Below are positions 26,624-40,754 of a DNA stretch of 64,000 bases, one piece after another. Source of the DNA: Lama glama (Eukaryota); the NCBI GenBank assembly GCA_028534125.1, contig CM052816.1, positions 82,524,001 to 82,588,000 of the forward strand, read 5' to 3'. Both the position numbers and the translations under genes were made by a program. Under the pieces are notes generated by a model. The model was given only the letters and a program-made list of their open reading frames with translations, was not told the origin of the DNA and searched no databases. Every line of letters begins with the position of its first letter. Position 1 is the first letter of the stretch.

Positions 26624-28609
26624 CTGGGTCTGGATGATGGGGTAGAATACGAAACAACACAGGCATGGCCACTGCCTTCAGAGAGCTTACAGTCTAGTGT
26701 GGAAAACAGACTCTGAACAATAAATCAAAAGTGCAAAATTTTACAGCTTTTAAAAGCATCACAAAATCAATATTGCTGAATACAGGCCCAGCATTTAATG
26801 TATTCCCACTTTACATAAGCTGTGGATAATGCAGTCTGTATATGGGTGAGGTTATTCTTGGTATTTTTAAAGAAATACATTCTTAATTAACAGACTTTTG
26901 GAATCTTTTAATATTCTTTAAGCCTTGTGCTTCCCACTTCCCCCGTATCAGCATTACACTGTAAGTCTGAAGTTAAATCGTGAGTCAGGAGCATAATAAT
27001 CCTTTAATACTGTTATGTATGATTTTAAAAAAAATTAAAGCAACTAGGTACAAAATGAAGTTATCAGAAAAAACTTTATTTAGGATGAGAGAATATACAA
27101 TACTTTTTCCATGAACTTTCTATAGCTTTATAATTTCTGTGATTTCTGCTGGCATGTGTTTTTGAAGTTTTCTACTAAGTGCTGTAGATATTCACTAGGT
27201 TTATTTCAAATGCAATTTACTTCTTTTGAAATCTTGCAATTCTGCCTGCTTAATACATGAAGCTGGTGTGAAGAACATACTTAGGTATTAAGATAAGAAG
27301 AGTATAAAACAATTAAAATATACAAAGAATAGTTTATACATGAAATAAACTCAGTCTTGTTTTAAGATTTGCCTTAATTGATTCCACGTAGCTGAGGCTT
27401 ACTTGTGGATGGTGCTGAAGATGGTCGTCTATTTATTGAGGTTTGAAGAATGCCAAAAAGCACAGATGAACCAAAAGTTTAATGTTCACTCATCTAGCTA
27501 AAAATATATATTTTTTCTCATTGCTTCCTGAGTAAAATTGCTACAGAATTTCAGACAGAGAAGATTTTGTGGACTGGAAGAGTCAACCCCACGAGAAGAA
27601 CTTCCTTAGCTGGAACTTAATGACTGAGTAGAGCTGGATTTTCCAGGAAGAAGTAGGCAGGTCTTTCTCACTTGGAAAAGCAGCATAAATAAAGCAAAGA
27701 GTTGAAATTGGCAAGAGTTGTTGAAAGAATAAAGCAGATGGCTTCAATTTGAGATACAGTGGAAGTTAAAAAAGGATGAGCAATCTGAGGCTGGTTAATG
27801 GAAACTTAGACTCTTAATCTTGATTCAATAGGTGATGTGGTACCAATTTAGTTTTAAGTCAGGGAAGTGGCATAATAAAAATGGCATTTTTGGAAGATTC
27901 CTCTAGCAGAGGTGACAGGATTGATTTAAAGAGGCTGAAGAAAAATATCAAGGAGTTTGAGCTGAGAGACTAGATCCAATAATAGATTTGGAGGATTTAA
28001 AACAAACCTTCTTAAAATGGGAGACTCATGCTTTTTTGACAGCATAGGCAATGGAACTGGTAAAAGGACGAGTAAGGGAAGGCTGAGGAAAATTATAATA
28101 AATGCAGGATTAAGTTTATTCAGAAAGTAGACTATAACAGGACTCAGGCTTCTGGCTGTGGAGTGGGGTGGACATAAAAAGAAGGAAAGACAATTCTTCC
28201 ACTGACAGGACGGATAAGCCAGTGATATTTTGAACTGTAGAGGTGCGTTCTCTCAAATTTCTCTTGTCCAGCATAAAATATACATTTTATATTATTTTTC
28301 TTAGGCCTCATTCCTCAGAGCTAAGGTAAATTGAAAGTTGGTTGAAAAATTACTAAGTGAACTATGACAGTGCTTCCATCTCCTTTCTAAAAGCATACAT
28401 ATTTTGGTTTGAATTATTTAGGAAGTTATAAAGCAAAACAGGATTTATGTTTGCCTTATTTTGACATATGGTTTACATTTTGAAAACTTTGCCCTTGGAT
28501 GGCATTGGATAAAATTATGAGGATAAAACTGAGTATAGAGAAAGTAAAATCACAAAATTCAGAACAGTAATAGACTTCATAAATCATGTGATTACATGTG
28601 TAGAAAAAC

Positions 28610-29985
28610 CATAAATATTTATTGACTACCAGGTGCCAAACTTGTTGAAGGTATTAAGTATATCTGCAGATATTTGTGGGAAAAGGAGAAGAAAAAGAAA
28701 AAACCTGTCTTCTACAGTCTGGTAGAAGAAATGACCATTAAAAATATAAACAAACGCATTTATAATTATACATTTCAAAAAGTGCCTGTTATGAATTGAA
28801 TTGTACACTCTCTAAAAATTCATATGTTCAAGTCCTAACCCCCAGAACCTCAGGATGTGATCTAATTTGGAAACAGGTTTGTTGCAGATGTAATCAGCTA
28901 ATTTTAGATGAAGGTACACTGAAATAGGCTGGGGTCCTAATCCAGTATGACTGGTGTCTTTATAAAAAGGGGAAATGTGGTTATGGATAGGAACGCAGGG
29001 AAAATGCCATGTGAACATGAGACAGATATCAGGGTAATGCCAAAGATTGCTTGCAAACTACCAGAAACTAGAAGCAGGCATGGAACAGAGTCTTCCTCAC
29101 AGCTTTCAGAAGAAACCAACTCTGCTGACACCTTGATTTCAGAATTCTAGGCTTCAGAATTGTGAATCAACACATTTTTGGTCACCTGGTTTGTGGTATT
29201 TTGCTATAGCAACCATAGGAAAATAATAGTGTTACAGAGGAGAATTATTGGTGACGCTGAGAGTGAATAAGGGGGTGGAGATTAATTTTGGACTAGATGG
29301 ACAATGGAGACTTCTTTTAAGATTTAGCCTGATACCTGAAGGATGAGCGTGAACCAGCTGTTTGAAGCAATGGAGGAGGAGTGATCTGGGTGGAAGAAAG
29401 AGCATGTGCAAAGGCCCTGAGAGAGGAAAGAACTTGACACAAGTGAGGAACTGAAAAAAGACCAGTCTGTCAGGAGCATGGCCAATGAAAGTGTGAGTGG
29501 CCAAAGATAGGACTAGGTAGAACTTGATAAGAAATTTGGATTTTATTATAAGAATAATAAGAAGGCTTTCATGGGCTTTAAGCAAGTGATAGCAAGATTG
29601 AATTTACACTATAAAATAAATTCTAAGTACTATGTTGAGAATTACCATAGAGAGGGAAGTGGAGCATGACAGCATCAGACCAGGTATTGAAGCTTGAAAT
29701 AGGTTTGTGGTAGCAGAATATAGATAATTTGAGAAAACATTTAATATTGAAGGTTAGGAAAAATGTGTCGTAAAGAATTACTCTACATTTTTTGCCTTGA
29801 GCTACTGCGTGTTGTTTTATTGAGATGTTATTTGCTGAGATGGAAAAGGCTGGGAGAGAAGAGGACGAGGGGTAATAGAACTAGAATTCAATTCTGGATG
29901 TGTTAAATCTGAGATGCCTGTGAGACAGCCAAGTAGAGATGCTAAGTGAGAACTTTGTTAGACCAAAGAAAGGTCTAAGAAGGAA
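28610..29985 (-). mobile_element. L2 fragment interrupted by an MLT1 LTR
   Basis: 'aaatatttattgactaccaggtgcca', 'agcatgtgcaaaggccctgag' and 'tgagatgcctgtgagacagccaagtagagatg' are antisense L2 hallmarks. Confidence 0.75.
28787..29228 (+). mobile_element. MaLR solo LTR (MLT1B/C-like)
   Basis: Starts TGTTATG..., contains 'cctaatccagtatgactggtgtctttataaaaagggg' and 'ctgctgacaccttgatttcaga', ends 'ttgctatagcaaccataggaaaataata'. Confidence 0.88.
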
Positions 29986-30399
29986 ATTAAGTGACGTGTG
30001 CAGTGACCCCTGATTACTAGACACTAATAGTACAGCTGAAGTCTCCTGATTCCCAGTCCTGTGTCCCAGCAGATGCCTCCTCAATGACATTAGAAGATCA
30101 TTTAACTAGATACTAAGGGTCATATCAGTAATATTTTGTGGGTCATATTGCAAATAAATACACAAGTACCTGTGTAGAAAGTAAAACGACATAGATGAAT
30201 GAAGAGTGGTGATCCAGCGTCAAGAGCACAGAAATAAGATCCAGAAGGATTAGAATCTACCATTAGTCTTGCCACTTATTGGTTAACTTGTGCCTCGGCA
30301 AAGTGAGTTCATGACATGAAATGATCTCTCTCAGATACCTATGAGTTTTAAAAGCTAAGTGCTCCCCAGCAATTGTATTCCTGGTTCCATAGTCTAATA

Positions 30400-30860
30400 A
30401 TGTTCGTGTGCATGTGTACAGGGGAGATATGTATAAGGAGCTTCACTTAAAAACATTGCTTAAAACAGCAAATTTAAAGGAATTTAAGCATCCATCCATA
30501 GAAATAAATAAATATGCTGTGTTTATACAGGAGAATGCTATTTTTCTGTTTAAATGAATGAACTAGATCTACATATGTACAAAGATCACAAATTCAGTGT
30601 TGGATACAAAAAAAGTAGGTCTTAGAATGATACTTGAAATAATATACTTTTTACAGAATCACACATAAGTGAAAATGCTAAAAGTTGATAGGAAAGATGC
30701 AACTCTGGTTAATTATTGGAATGGGGACGGACAGAAGACTAGGGATGGGCTATAAAGAAAGCTTCAAGATAATGTTATATATAAAATTATATTTGAACTA
30801 TATACCACAGGGTTAAAAAAGAGTTCATCATATTCTTTGTATATTTAAACTAATGACTCT
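30400..30860 (+). mobile_element. Old L1 (L1ME-like) 3' fragment
   Basis: 'aagcatccatccatagaaataaataaat...aaatgaatgaactagatctacat' L1ME 3' text. Confidence 0.55.
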
Positions 30861-33800
30861 AAAGTAAGTTAAAACTGATTGTTTTCATTTTTATCATGGA
30901 GAGTTAAAGTCTCATTTCAATGTATTGTATATTTTAACACTAGATCGTTAACTTCCAAAGATGAGAGAAGTCATTGTACACCTTATAACATTGTTTTCCT
31001 TTTTCCTTTTTTAATGTACACTTTCAGTGTCAGTTGTGTTAAGCGCTGTCACATCCATATTAACTTTAGGAAACAACTTTCAGAAAGAGGCATGCTAAAT
31101 CCTATTTTATAAAGCACACATTTGATCTTCCCAGAAGTTACAAACATGCCCAAAGTCACACAGCCGGTAAATACAAGAGATAAAAGTTGAAACTCCGTTG
31201 CTTTGCTCTAGGTCCTGTTCTTTCTATTCTAACATCACTGCCACACTTCCAAACTGAAAACGCTGGAAGTTTTTTCACTTCCTTATTCCTAACTTTCATA
31301 ATCCCTTAAACTTGGTGTTTCATTCAATTAATGTATAGTTTCAATACACTGAACACAACAGTCACACGTTGTATATAAATGCTGTAAAAATTCCACATTA
31401 GCAAATGAACACAAGTAAGTAACGTTAGGATTTCCATTCATGTTAATGGAATTACTCTTATTAGGCAGAACAAAGCTAGTTTCCACTTTGGTATGCTCTG
31501 GTTCTGTTTTTTTGAATATCTTTACAGCTGTTATAATTTTGTTCCTCTTTTTGGAAACAGTAGTGTGTTGTTATTTATTAGGTTAAAATGGACAAAAATT
31601 TTGCTGTACTTAGGAGCAGAAGTGTTTTGCTATTATGGAACGTGCAACTTCATTGGTTGATTTTCTAAAAAAAGAAAGACAACTTCGAGGAAAAAGCTCC
31701 AACAAATATATTTGACAAGAGGTTCACAAATGTAACATTACAGTCATTTAAATGTTTGCTTCTTTCTTTTTTGTCTTCTCAGCCTATTGTCCCTATTCCT
31801 CATCTTACAGTTTTTGTTATACTTGAATGATGAGCTCAAAGCATGAAAAGCTGTTGTTTTCAACCTTTATTAATGTTTCCCAACTCATTTCCCTGTTTGC
31901 CTGCTGACAACCTGCCAAAATCACCCTCCGGTGAATTGTGAAAAGACTGGGGGATCAGTCATGGGACCCAAAATGTGTTGCAGATAATTAGTAGATCAGA
32001 TCTTTGTCACAGCAGATACTTGCTACCCACACATCTCTATTTTTAAGCCATGTGTGTCACACAATGTGTATTCATTGTCTGTTTTAGTGTGAAGAGCACA
32101 TCTCTGCATTGTACATAACAGAGCTGAGTTGAATGAGAAATTCCATTATTCTTTTGTCGTTTTGTACTGTCACTGGTTAACACATGAGCTACACATATTT
32201 GGTGAAAAACTGAAACCACCTTTAGCTTTTAAATAGCTTTAGACTTGGGAATTACCTATTTTGCTGCTTACTGAATAATCCAACCACCACAATCTTTGTT
32301 TTCCAATAAGGCAAGAAACAAAAATCTCCTTTGATGATCAACATTTGTTTTCACGCTAATTAGTTCCGACTAATTTGATTGGCAAGAATAGCGGGTGTGG
32401 AGATTAGTTCTTGAATGGCGCAACATAGAAAAGCCTTTTTAGGGTAAGATAAGAGGTGATAAGTTGAAGTAAAAAGAAAATTACATTTGGGGGTGATGAA
32501 AATGCCAGGGTAATCAGCAGGCTTTCCACTAGAATGGGTCACAGAACGGCAGGCAATGAATTATTATCTAGTGATATGTTTCCTTTACAATACTATCTAA
32601 TGATATAGCCCCTACACACGTGTAAGGTGTATGTGTGTGTGTGTGTTGTAGTCACCAGAAGCATTCAACATTTGCCTCATTTCATTCTTCCCTTACTTCT
32701 TTATGTGCCAACCTGCGTTTCAGTAGTAAAGTAAATCCATCACTTTACATAATGCTGGTGGTCTCAAAATATGAGACTTAACGCAGTCACAATGAACTCT
32801 AGTCGCTGTAACATTATAACCAGAAATGACTTATTCTGAAAAGATGAATAACACCAAAACCAGCCTTAATATCTGGTAAAGGAGGAAAGATCTTGCTTCC
32901 TCTTACATCTAAAAAGGTTAGCTTCAAGAAGTCACATGAGCTCTTAAAGTTGTAGGTTATCTGTAAAATGTGCACAAAACAACTATTCTTCCTATCTGAC
33001 AAGATTCTTATGAGGTGTAGTTAAACTGATGTGCCTAAAACCCTTTTGAAATTTCTTAGATGTTTTACAAGTGTCAGGCATTATTAATAATAATCTAAAT
33101 ATTGACCCTGATTGCCTCTTTCCTAAATATTTTCTATATTTCAGGTATGTACTGTTTTAGGTACTGAGAAGGCAGTAAGAAACAAAACAGACAATAATTC
33201 CTGTCCATTAAACGTCAGTGAATTGAAACAACAATAATAGGTAAAAGTTAAAACATGTCAGTTGGTGGTAAGTGCTATGAAGTAAAATAAGAAAAAAGGA
33301 TGCTTTAAAAAAATGAGTCATTTGTAGAATGGTTTGAAGGAGATTATGGTTTAAGCAGGGACTGAGTTCCAAATTGTATATTAAAATACTCGTGTAAAAC
33401 AAATGACTGTTCTTGGATGATTGGTCTTTCTCTTTAAATTAGACCATGGGTATTACTTACTAATACATCACAGAAAACTTAGCCAAGTGCTTTGACATGT
33501 AAAATTTTTTATTTCACTTCATGCTTCTATATTTGGAATGAACTTTTTTAAAATGATGCATCCTATCGCTCCACTTCTTTGACAGGCACACAAAATTATT
33601 AATGCAAGAAAAATGCAGAAGGGTTTATATTGTGTAGGGTCATGTGAGTGCCATGTAATAAAAATTAATTTGGTATTAACATATGCATAATATTTTTAGA
33701 AGGGTAAATCTACTATCCAAAATGACACAATGCCCTTGAATGTTAAAAAAAAAAAAGTTGAATTGGCCTCTCTCTCACATACATCCACAGGGAACAAATG

Positions 33801-34614
33801 CACGCTTCCTAGCACAGGTGTCCTGGAAAACAGATCTAGGGGCAAAGACCATAAGTGCTGACATTTCATTAGGGAAGGAAACCCCTAATTCCCTAATTAG
33901 GAGGAAAATTTCAAACTTCATTAGGGAGGGAAAGGAGGAAGTTCTGCATTACCACACTGACCACAGCATCTTCAGCACAGCTGACTGGCAGCTTTGTGGC
34001 TTCAAGAGACATTCTCAAGAGAGCGCACGTGAATTTCTGAGCCTTTCCAGAGCCTCTGACGCAGTCATTCCAGGAGGATCATAAACTTGCCTGGACCTAA
34101 TTCTTATCATAACCTATTAAATTTTAAGGAAGAAAAAGTTCAGCCTACATTGGAAATCTATAAAATATAAGTTAAAGCAAAAAGATAAAATTTTTTTTAA
34201 ACAAATCTGTCAGATCAGTTAAGATTAAACAGATCAATACACCGTACCATATTTTTGTTATATGGGAAGGGTGCATTTTCCTATAATGCTAACAATTATA
34301 TTAGCTGATCCAACTTTTATAGAAATGTATTCTATTGTTTAAAGTTATTCATTGCTACACAAGGAAAGGAAGTCTTTCTCATGCACACACATACTCATAC
34401 TCACAGAAGAACAACCACTGTGGATTCGACTATCTCGTATTTCCAAAAGAGAGTAGCCACATGATATGGGGAAAAATATAGTGTAACTTAGCTAGCTGTT
34501 CTGGGTTCCGAGGTCCCTAGTGGGGGTATACAACCCCTTGTAGTGCAAGATATGAAGAGCTGGACCCTTTCAGGCTGGGAAAGCCCATTCATTTAGCACA
34601 CAGTTCTTTTATAC

Positions 34615-34823
34615 CAGGCGTAGGCAAACTACCGCTGCAGGCTAAATCTGAACCAACATCTGTATTATGAATAAAGTTTTATTGGAGCGTGGCCACTCTC
34701 ATCCATTTATATATCGTCTATGGCTCCTTTCCAAAGTTGAATAATTCCAACAGAGACCATATATCTTGTAAAATCTAAAGTATTTACTATTTGGCCCTTT
34801 ATAGAAAAAGTTTGGCAGCTCTT
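34615..34823. mobile_element. hAT-Charlie MITE (MER58A-like)
   Basis: 'caggcgtaggcaaact...aataaagttttattgga...aaaatctaaagtatttactatttggccctttatagaaaaagtttg'. Confidence 0.85.
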
Positions 34824-35432
34824 TTGTATTATTGGCTGGCATTAAAATTCATGAAGACTTTATAGTCTCAAATAGTATACCCCCTTACGAAGAATATTCA
34901 TTGACATTTGAAGCATTCTTGGGTTTCAAGCCAGAATTAATATTAGCAAAGCCCCATCTCTGCTGAGGATGGGTCAAGTGTTCCAGGTTTCCAGCCACCC
35001 AGAAAACTCATTTCCACACAGTCTACCCTCTGACTCTAACTTAATAACTCTCTATAAAGGTCATCTTAACTAAAGATCAATCAAATATCTAATGATATTT
35101 TAGAGGGGGCCTCTCTCTGTCTCTCTCCGTCTCTTTGCCTGTCTTTGTCTCTGTTTCTGTCTTTCTATTTATTTATTTATAAGCAAAATAAGATAATATC
35201 CTTTGTTACAGCAAATTTATCTCTACAAATTTATGCTGAAGACATAGGTACCTATAATTTTGCTATAAGGTATACATTCATACAATACTTATATCAGAGA
35301 ACAATTCTAACTGTTCAAAGATTGGTAAAATAAATTCTATCATTATGTTGTAAATATATATAAACTATAAGTTATATATTTATATATATATATATAGTGC
35401 AAAATGCAAAATACTTTACTATGAGGTATGTA

Positions 35433-36079
35433 CTGATGGTCCCTGACTTAACAGTGATTTGAAGGGTGAGGGTGTAGCTCAGTGGTAGAATGCATGCCTA
35501 GTATACACAAGGTCCTGGGTTCAATCCCCATTTACCTCCATTAAATAATAAATAAATAAACCTAATTACATCCCTCCCTCCCTCCCTCCAAAAATGTAAA
35601 AAAAACAATGATTTGACTGAAGATTTTTCAGTTCTACAATGGTGTGAATGAACATGCATTCAGTAGAAACTGCACCTCTAATTTTGAATTTTGACCTTTT
35701 GCCGGGCTAGTAGTATGTAGCACAGTAGTCTCTCATGGCGCTGGGCAGCAGTGGGTGAGTCAGCCACATGTTCATGAGGATGACAAAAGGTACACTTATC
35801 AGCATTCTGTACCCAAATTGCTATTCTGTTTTTTACTTTCAGTATAGTAGTCAGTAAGTTACATGAGATATGCAACAGTTTATTATAAAATAGGCTTTGT
35901 GTTAGATGGCTTTGCCCAACTGTAGGCTAATGTAAGTGTTCTGAGCACTTTTAAGTAGGCTAAGCTAAGCTATGATGTTCAGTAGCTTAGATGTATTAAA
36001 TGCATTTTTGACTTGAAATATTTTCAACTTAGGATGGGTTTATCTGGATGTCACCCCACCATAAGTCAAGGAAGATCTG
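35433..36079 (-). mobile_element. TcMar-Tigger DNA transposon (MER47/Tigger5-like), interrupted by a SINE
   Basis: Related terminal inverted repeats (ctgatggtccctgactta ... taagtcaaggaagatctg), TA at both ends (35431-35432 and 36080-36081), and MER47 text 'tttgcccaactgtaggctaatgtaagtgttctgagcac'. Confidence 0.88.
35463..35603 (+). mobile_element. Camelid Vic-1-type tRNA(Ala)-derived SINE
   Basis: A box 'tagctcagtgg', B box 'ggttcaatccc', tail 'aaataaataaacctaattacatccc', and a 13-bp TSD aaca(g/a)tgatttga at 35450-35462 and 35604-35616. Confidence 0.88.
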
Positions 36080-36864
36080 TAGAGGATAATCACATTAAAA
36101 ACTATATTTGTATATAATGGAACAATATTTTAAAACATAATTGATGTCTTTTTTCATTTTTGATAACTGTATTTTAATCCCTACACCCTTTCCACAATGA
36201 AGACCAGGTTGCAAAGTGGATACCTATTGCTCTAAGGAGAGAAAAGTGGCAGCATCTTACAAAAGTGATCAATTCTTCCTTTAACTTTTAAAATAGTATT
36301 TTAAAATTCAGTTGCCAAAACAATAGTCTATAAACCAAAGCACATATGGTATGTAGGAACCAGAGGATTACGGTAGAAAGATTTTCTGTAAGTTTTTCTA
36401 TGAATCATTGGACTGAAAGATCACAAACCAGAGTCTTGAGGACTCAGACTTGAAAAAAACCACAGAATAGGGATGGATGCATGGTAGGAAATAATTAAAA
36501 TAATGCTCTGCACTGGATGAGATTAACAACTGCAAGTACTTTTCACATATTAAATTGTTGAATTCCTGCGAATTAGGTGCTATGTTAGTATTGCTGTTTT
36601 ATGAGGAAACGGTCACAGCTGGTAAGTAGTGGAGCTGGAATTGTAATTCATAATCTGGCTCCGAAGAACATGCAGCTCACCCCTCTGCAGTATAGTTACT
36701 TCAAGATATAATAATATTTCTCCAGCTAAAAAAGCAAAACTGATTTAGCCACTTGAGGGCTAGAGGGAGGGAAAGAATCAGAATCTGAGAGGAGAACAAG
36801 AGAGCGAATGTAGGTGCATATAAGCCGTTCTGCCCTGGCTCTGCCTCCTTCTGGGTTTGAATTA

Positions 36865-37233
36865 TGCAGTGGACTGAACATTTGTGTCTCCCCTCAAATT
36901 CTTACCTTCCAACCCTAATCCGCAATCTGATGTTGTTGGAGATGGGGCCTTTGGGAGGTGATTAGATCACGAGGATAGAACCTTCATAATGGGATTAGTG
37001 CTCTGACAACAGACCTGAGAGAACTTGCTTCCTGCTTCTCCACTTTCTGCCTTTGGAGGGCACAGCAAGAAGATGACCATCTGCAAACCAGGAAGAAGGC
37101 TTTTACAGAACCCAGCCACACCGGTATCTTCCTCTTGGACTTCTTAGCTTATAGACTGTGAGAAATCAATTTCTATTATTTAAGCCATCCAATCTGTGAC
37201 AATTTGTTATAGCAGCCGAAACTGTCTAAGATA
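36865..37233 (+). mobile_element. MaLR solo LTR (MLT1A-like)
   Basis: 'ggggcctttgggaggtgattagatcacgagg', 'ccatctgcaaaccaggaagaagg', ending 'ttgttatagcagccgaaactgtctaagata'. Confidence 0.88.
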
Positions 37234-37598
37234 AACCCTAAGGTCATGGATGGCAGTGGGGCAAAGAACTCTTTATTTCTACTGGAGAAATTCTAGATGG
37301 AAAGCCAAGGAACAAATGTACTTATACCCATAAGACCACATATCTTTGTTTCACTCCACATCCTGGTTTCCACCTATTTTTGTACTACTGTAATTATCAA
37401 TAGCAAAACCTTTTCACTCTCAAAAGCATCGCAGCTTAGACAATATTATATGGTCTCCCTATTTATATGTCAGTTACCACATGGAACTCAGGTGGGAGGC
37501 TGACCCTCAGGGCATCCTCCTCCAACATGAGCAGAGTAGAACGTAGAAATGGTGGCAGCAAAGGTCCAGATAGAAAGAGGGCCTGAGATAGCCATCAT

Positions 37599-38100
37599 CT
37601 TATGTCACCTTGCTATTGCTGCATAACAGACTATCCCACAATATAATGACTAAACACACTTTGTTTAGCTCTTGATTCTGTGGGCCAGCAATTTGGTCTG
37701 ACCTCATCTAGATTTACTCTTTCCTCTGCAACCATCTTCCAGTTCTGCAATCGTTTGGCAGATGCTTGCTGGGTACTGGCTGTTCTTAGATGGCCTCCGT
37801 CGCATCTCTGGCAGTTGATTGGCTGTAGTCTGTAGCAGCTGAGTTCTCTCCATGTGGCTCCACATCACCCAGCAGGCTAGCCTGGGCTTGTCCACACAGT
37901 AGCCTCAGCAAGCACAGCGAGAGAGACGACATACCCTGACCCCTAAGTGTGTCAGCAGCCTTTGCTGGAGCTGTATTTGCTAACATTCCAATGGCTAAAG
38001 GAAGTGACATCCTGAGCCCAGAATCAGTATCAAAAGGTGAACAAAGTTCCATGGCAAGGATATGTTACCTGAGGGAGTGGAAGGATTTATAACCTTTTGG
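37599..38100 (-). mobile_element. MaLR solo LTR (MLT1F/G/H-like)
   Basis: 'ctattgctgcataacagactatccca', 'ctctccatgtggctc...agcaggctagcctgggcttg'. Confidence 0.75.
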
Positions 38101-38448
38101 AACAGAGGAGTTCAGTAGTCACCGTGTACCTCACGGTGGGAGGCAGGAGGGTGCAGAAAGTCATTGGATGTCCATTTGCAGAGACGTCATTTGTATCTTT
38201 GAACAGAGGGACTGTTCACACGAGGACCTGAATGGGAGTTGAAGTGCAGGCCAAGGTGACAGCCTGGTCAGCAACTGGACACCAGACTGGGGAGCTCCAC
38301 AGGACAAATAGCACGTGCAGCCAGTGACCACAGAACATCAGCAGCAGATGCATCAAGGACACAAACACACACTCAAACACCATGTCTGTCGAGACCCCTC
38401 AGCTGAGGGCCGAGTCTGTGTGCAAGCAGGGCCGCCCAGCACACCATC

Positions 38449-38733
38449 TGTCTTAGTCCTCTTGGGCAGCGCTAACAAAAGACCACAGCCCAAGTGGCTT
38501 GTAAACAACAGAAACAGTATTTCTCACAGCTCAGGAGGCTGGAAGTCTGAGATCAGGTCACAGACTTCTAGATGTCTCCTGACAGCGGGGATAGGAGCTA
38601 AGGCATCCTGCCGGATCTTTACTGCCAGGGCTCTGCCCTCATGATCCGATCACTCCCTAAGGCCCAACCTCCTAATACCAGCGCACTGGGGATTTGGGGG
38701 TGGGGGTGGGGTACAAACATTCAGACCATAGCA
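38449..38733 (-). mobile_element. MaLR solo LTR (MLT1A-like, internally deleted)
   Basis: TG...CA ends (tgtcttagtc ... cagaccatagca) with an exact 5-bp TSD CCATC at 38444-38448 and 38734-38738. Confidence 0.9.
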
Positions 38734-40266
38734 CCATCATATCATAGAGAGAAAGAAAAGAGAAAGAAGTTGAAACTTTAAACAAGTGAGAGTGAGCTAA
38801 TGCAGAAATGATTGAGTTAAATGAGAAGCATTTTGATCATCTTAAAATGGAAAATTCAAGTTTCTTTTCCACAACAAATGTAAAAAGGGAGATTTGTGAC
38901 CAAGTCCAGTTATGAAGTATAGTCAAATGTCTTTAAAATAGTGACATTAAATTTTAAACTACATATATTTTTATATACACCTAAATAAATAAAAGGTGAG
39001 CACATTCACTCAAATGGGAAGAGCAGTAGTCTTAGGCAGTGAGCTTATGGATGACTCCTATTTCTTTAATTTTTGTGTGTTCTCAAAATATCCTCAAATG
39101 AACATGTATCAGCTTTGCAATGAGAAACAGAATTTTGTCTTAGAACAGATGCATTGGTGCTTTCGCCCATCCTGTGCCCGCTGAAGCTCGTTATTCTGAA
39201 AACTATTCCACCTTGAAGTGTTAATGAGCTAATAAGTCATTTTGGGGTGAGTTACTTTTCAAAACTGCTGAAATCACACCTCCAGCTGCAAGCACGTGTA
39301 CCTACTGAAAGGGAAGACCCAGCTTCCGAGGTTGTGACCTTATGTAAGAAAATATGATAAAATATGCTTGCTGTCTACACAAATTCTTCTAAACATCTAA
39401 TTAATTGAAATAGTCCCATTTTAATAAGTTGGTAACTGTGCTTTGAATCCAGTCACTTGTTTATGTGAGGCCTCGATAAACCATGGCTTAGTCTTTCATA
39501 AAGTAGCCATGGAGTTCAAATGTACTTCCACCCAGTCTCAGAAACTTTGCCAGATGACATTGTACAATTTTAAATCTATTCGACTATTTGGAATTTGAAA
39601 AAGTGAAATACAAGCTGGGCTGTGAAGAACTATGGATGAGAAGCTTACAATTAACTGTAATTATAAACATATATATATATGTAATATATGTAATATAATG
39701 TAAAGATTGCACCTACCCATCATGTTAGAAAATCCACAGAGTACTGACTGTGCAAAATACCAATTAATGGGAATTTTAGCTTTGGAAATGATTGACCTAT
39801 ACACTGGTATCTGCACATGTATATGAGTGCCCTCACACACACACACACACACATGCACACAAGCAAAGAGACACAAACATAACACTACCACCAGCCACAG
39901 AGGAATAGAGAGAGAGAACAGCCTGATCTCGAGTTTTTCCATTGCACCTACATTTATGTAGGGTTTTCCTAGGGTTGTCAAAAGAAACTTCGTTCACTGT
40001 TTCCTGTTTCTTCCTTAACTATCCTTGTGGAAAATTTTTTCACTCTTATTAAACTCCTCTTGTAATTATTGGCTATTAAATGAAGGAGGAAGTTTTATGA
40101 TTATCACATGCAAGATAAGATACGGCAGATTAGATAAGATACAATAATAATAACTAAAATCATGAAAAAGTGCTGGGTTTGAAACATGCTACGTCCTTCA
40201 GAGGTAAAAAATCTGGTATATTAGTTAAAATGCTTTATGTCGCAAATCATGATAAATCAATCTGGC

Positions 40267-40752
40267 TGTGATGTCAGTTTAATTTGTCAACTTGACTGCT
40301 AGACATTTGATTCAACATTATTATGGATGTATCTGTGAAAATGTTTCTAGATGAGATTAACCTTTGAATTAGTAACTGAGTAAATTGTTATCCCCAGTAT
40401 GGGTAACCACTAACTGCTCTACTGAAAGCCTGAATAGAACAAGAAGTAGAGTAAGGCAGAATTTACTCTCTTTGCCTGATGGTCTCTGAGCTGGGACATG
40501 GGTCTTCTCCTGCCTTCAGACTCAGACTTAGACTGAAGCTTAAACCATTGGCTCTCTTGGTCCTGAGGCCTCTGGATTCAGCTGGAACTTAGATGGTCAG
40601 CTTTCCTGCTTCTCAGGCCTTTGGGTTCTTACTGGAACTGTATCATCATCTTTCCTTGATCTCCAGCTTGCAGATCTTGGGACTTTCCAGCCTTCAGAAT
40701 CATGTAAGCCAATTCCTTATCTTGTACGTGCATATGGTATCTATATAATATA
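40267..40752 (+). mobile_element. ERVL solo LTR (MLT2-like), 3' end cut by an L1
   Basis: 'tgtgatgtcagtttaatttgtcaacttgact', 'gagctgggacatgggtcttctcctgccttcagactc', 'catgtaagccaattccttat'. Confidence 0.85.
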
Positions 40753-40754
40753 TG

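Noticed and set aside
33865..33933. Imperfect 17-bp direct repeat ttcattaggga(a/g)ggaaa as an array or TSD
   Set aside because: Only two copies with a featureless 35-bp spacer. It is compatible with local duplication and is not a CRISPR array or an insertion.
35469..35540. Genuine tRNA-Ala gene
   Set aside because: The stems and anticodon arm are mismatched, there is a SINE-specific tail and TSD, and there is no oligo-T terminator.
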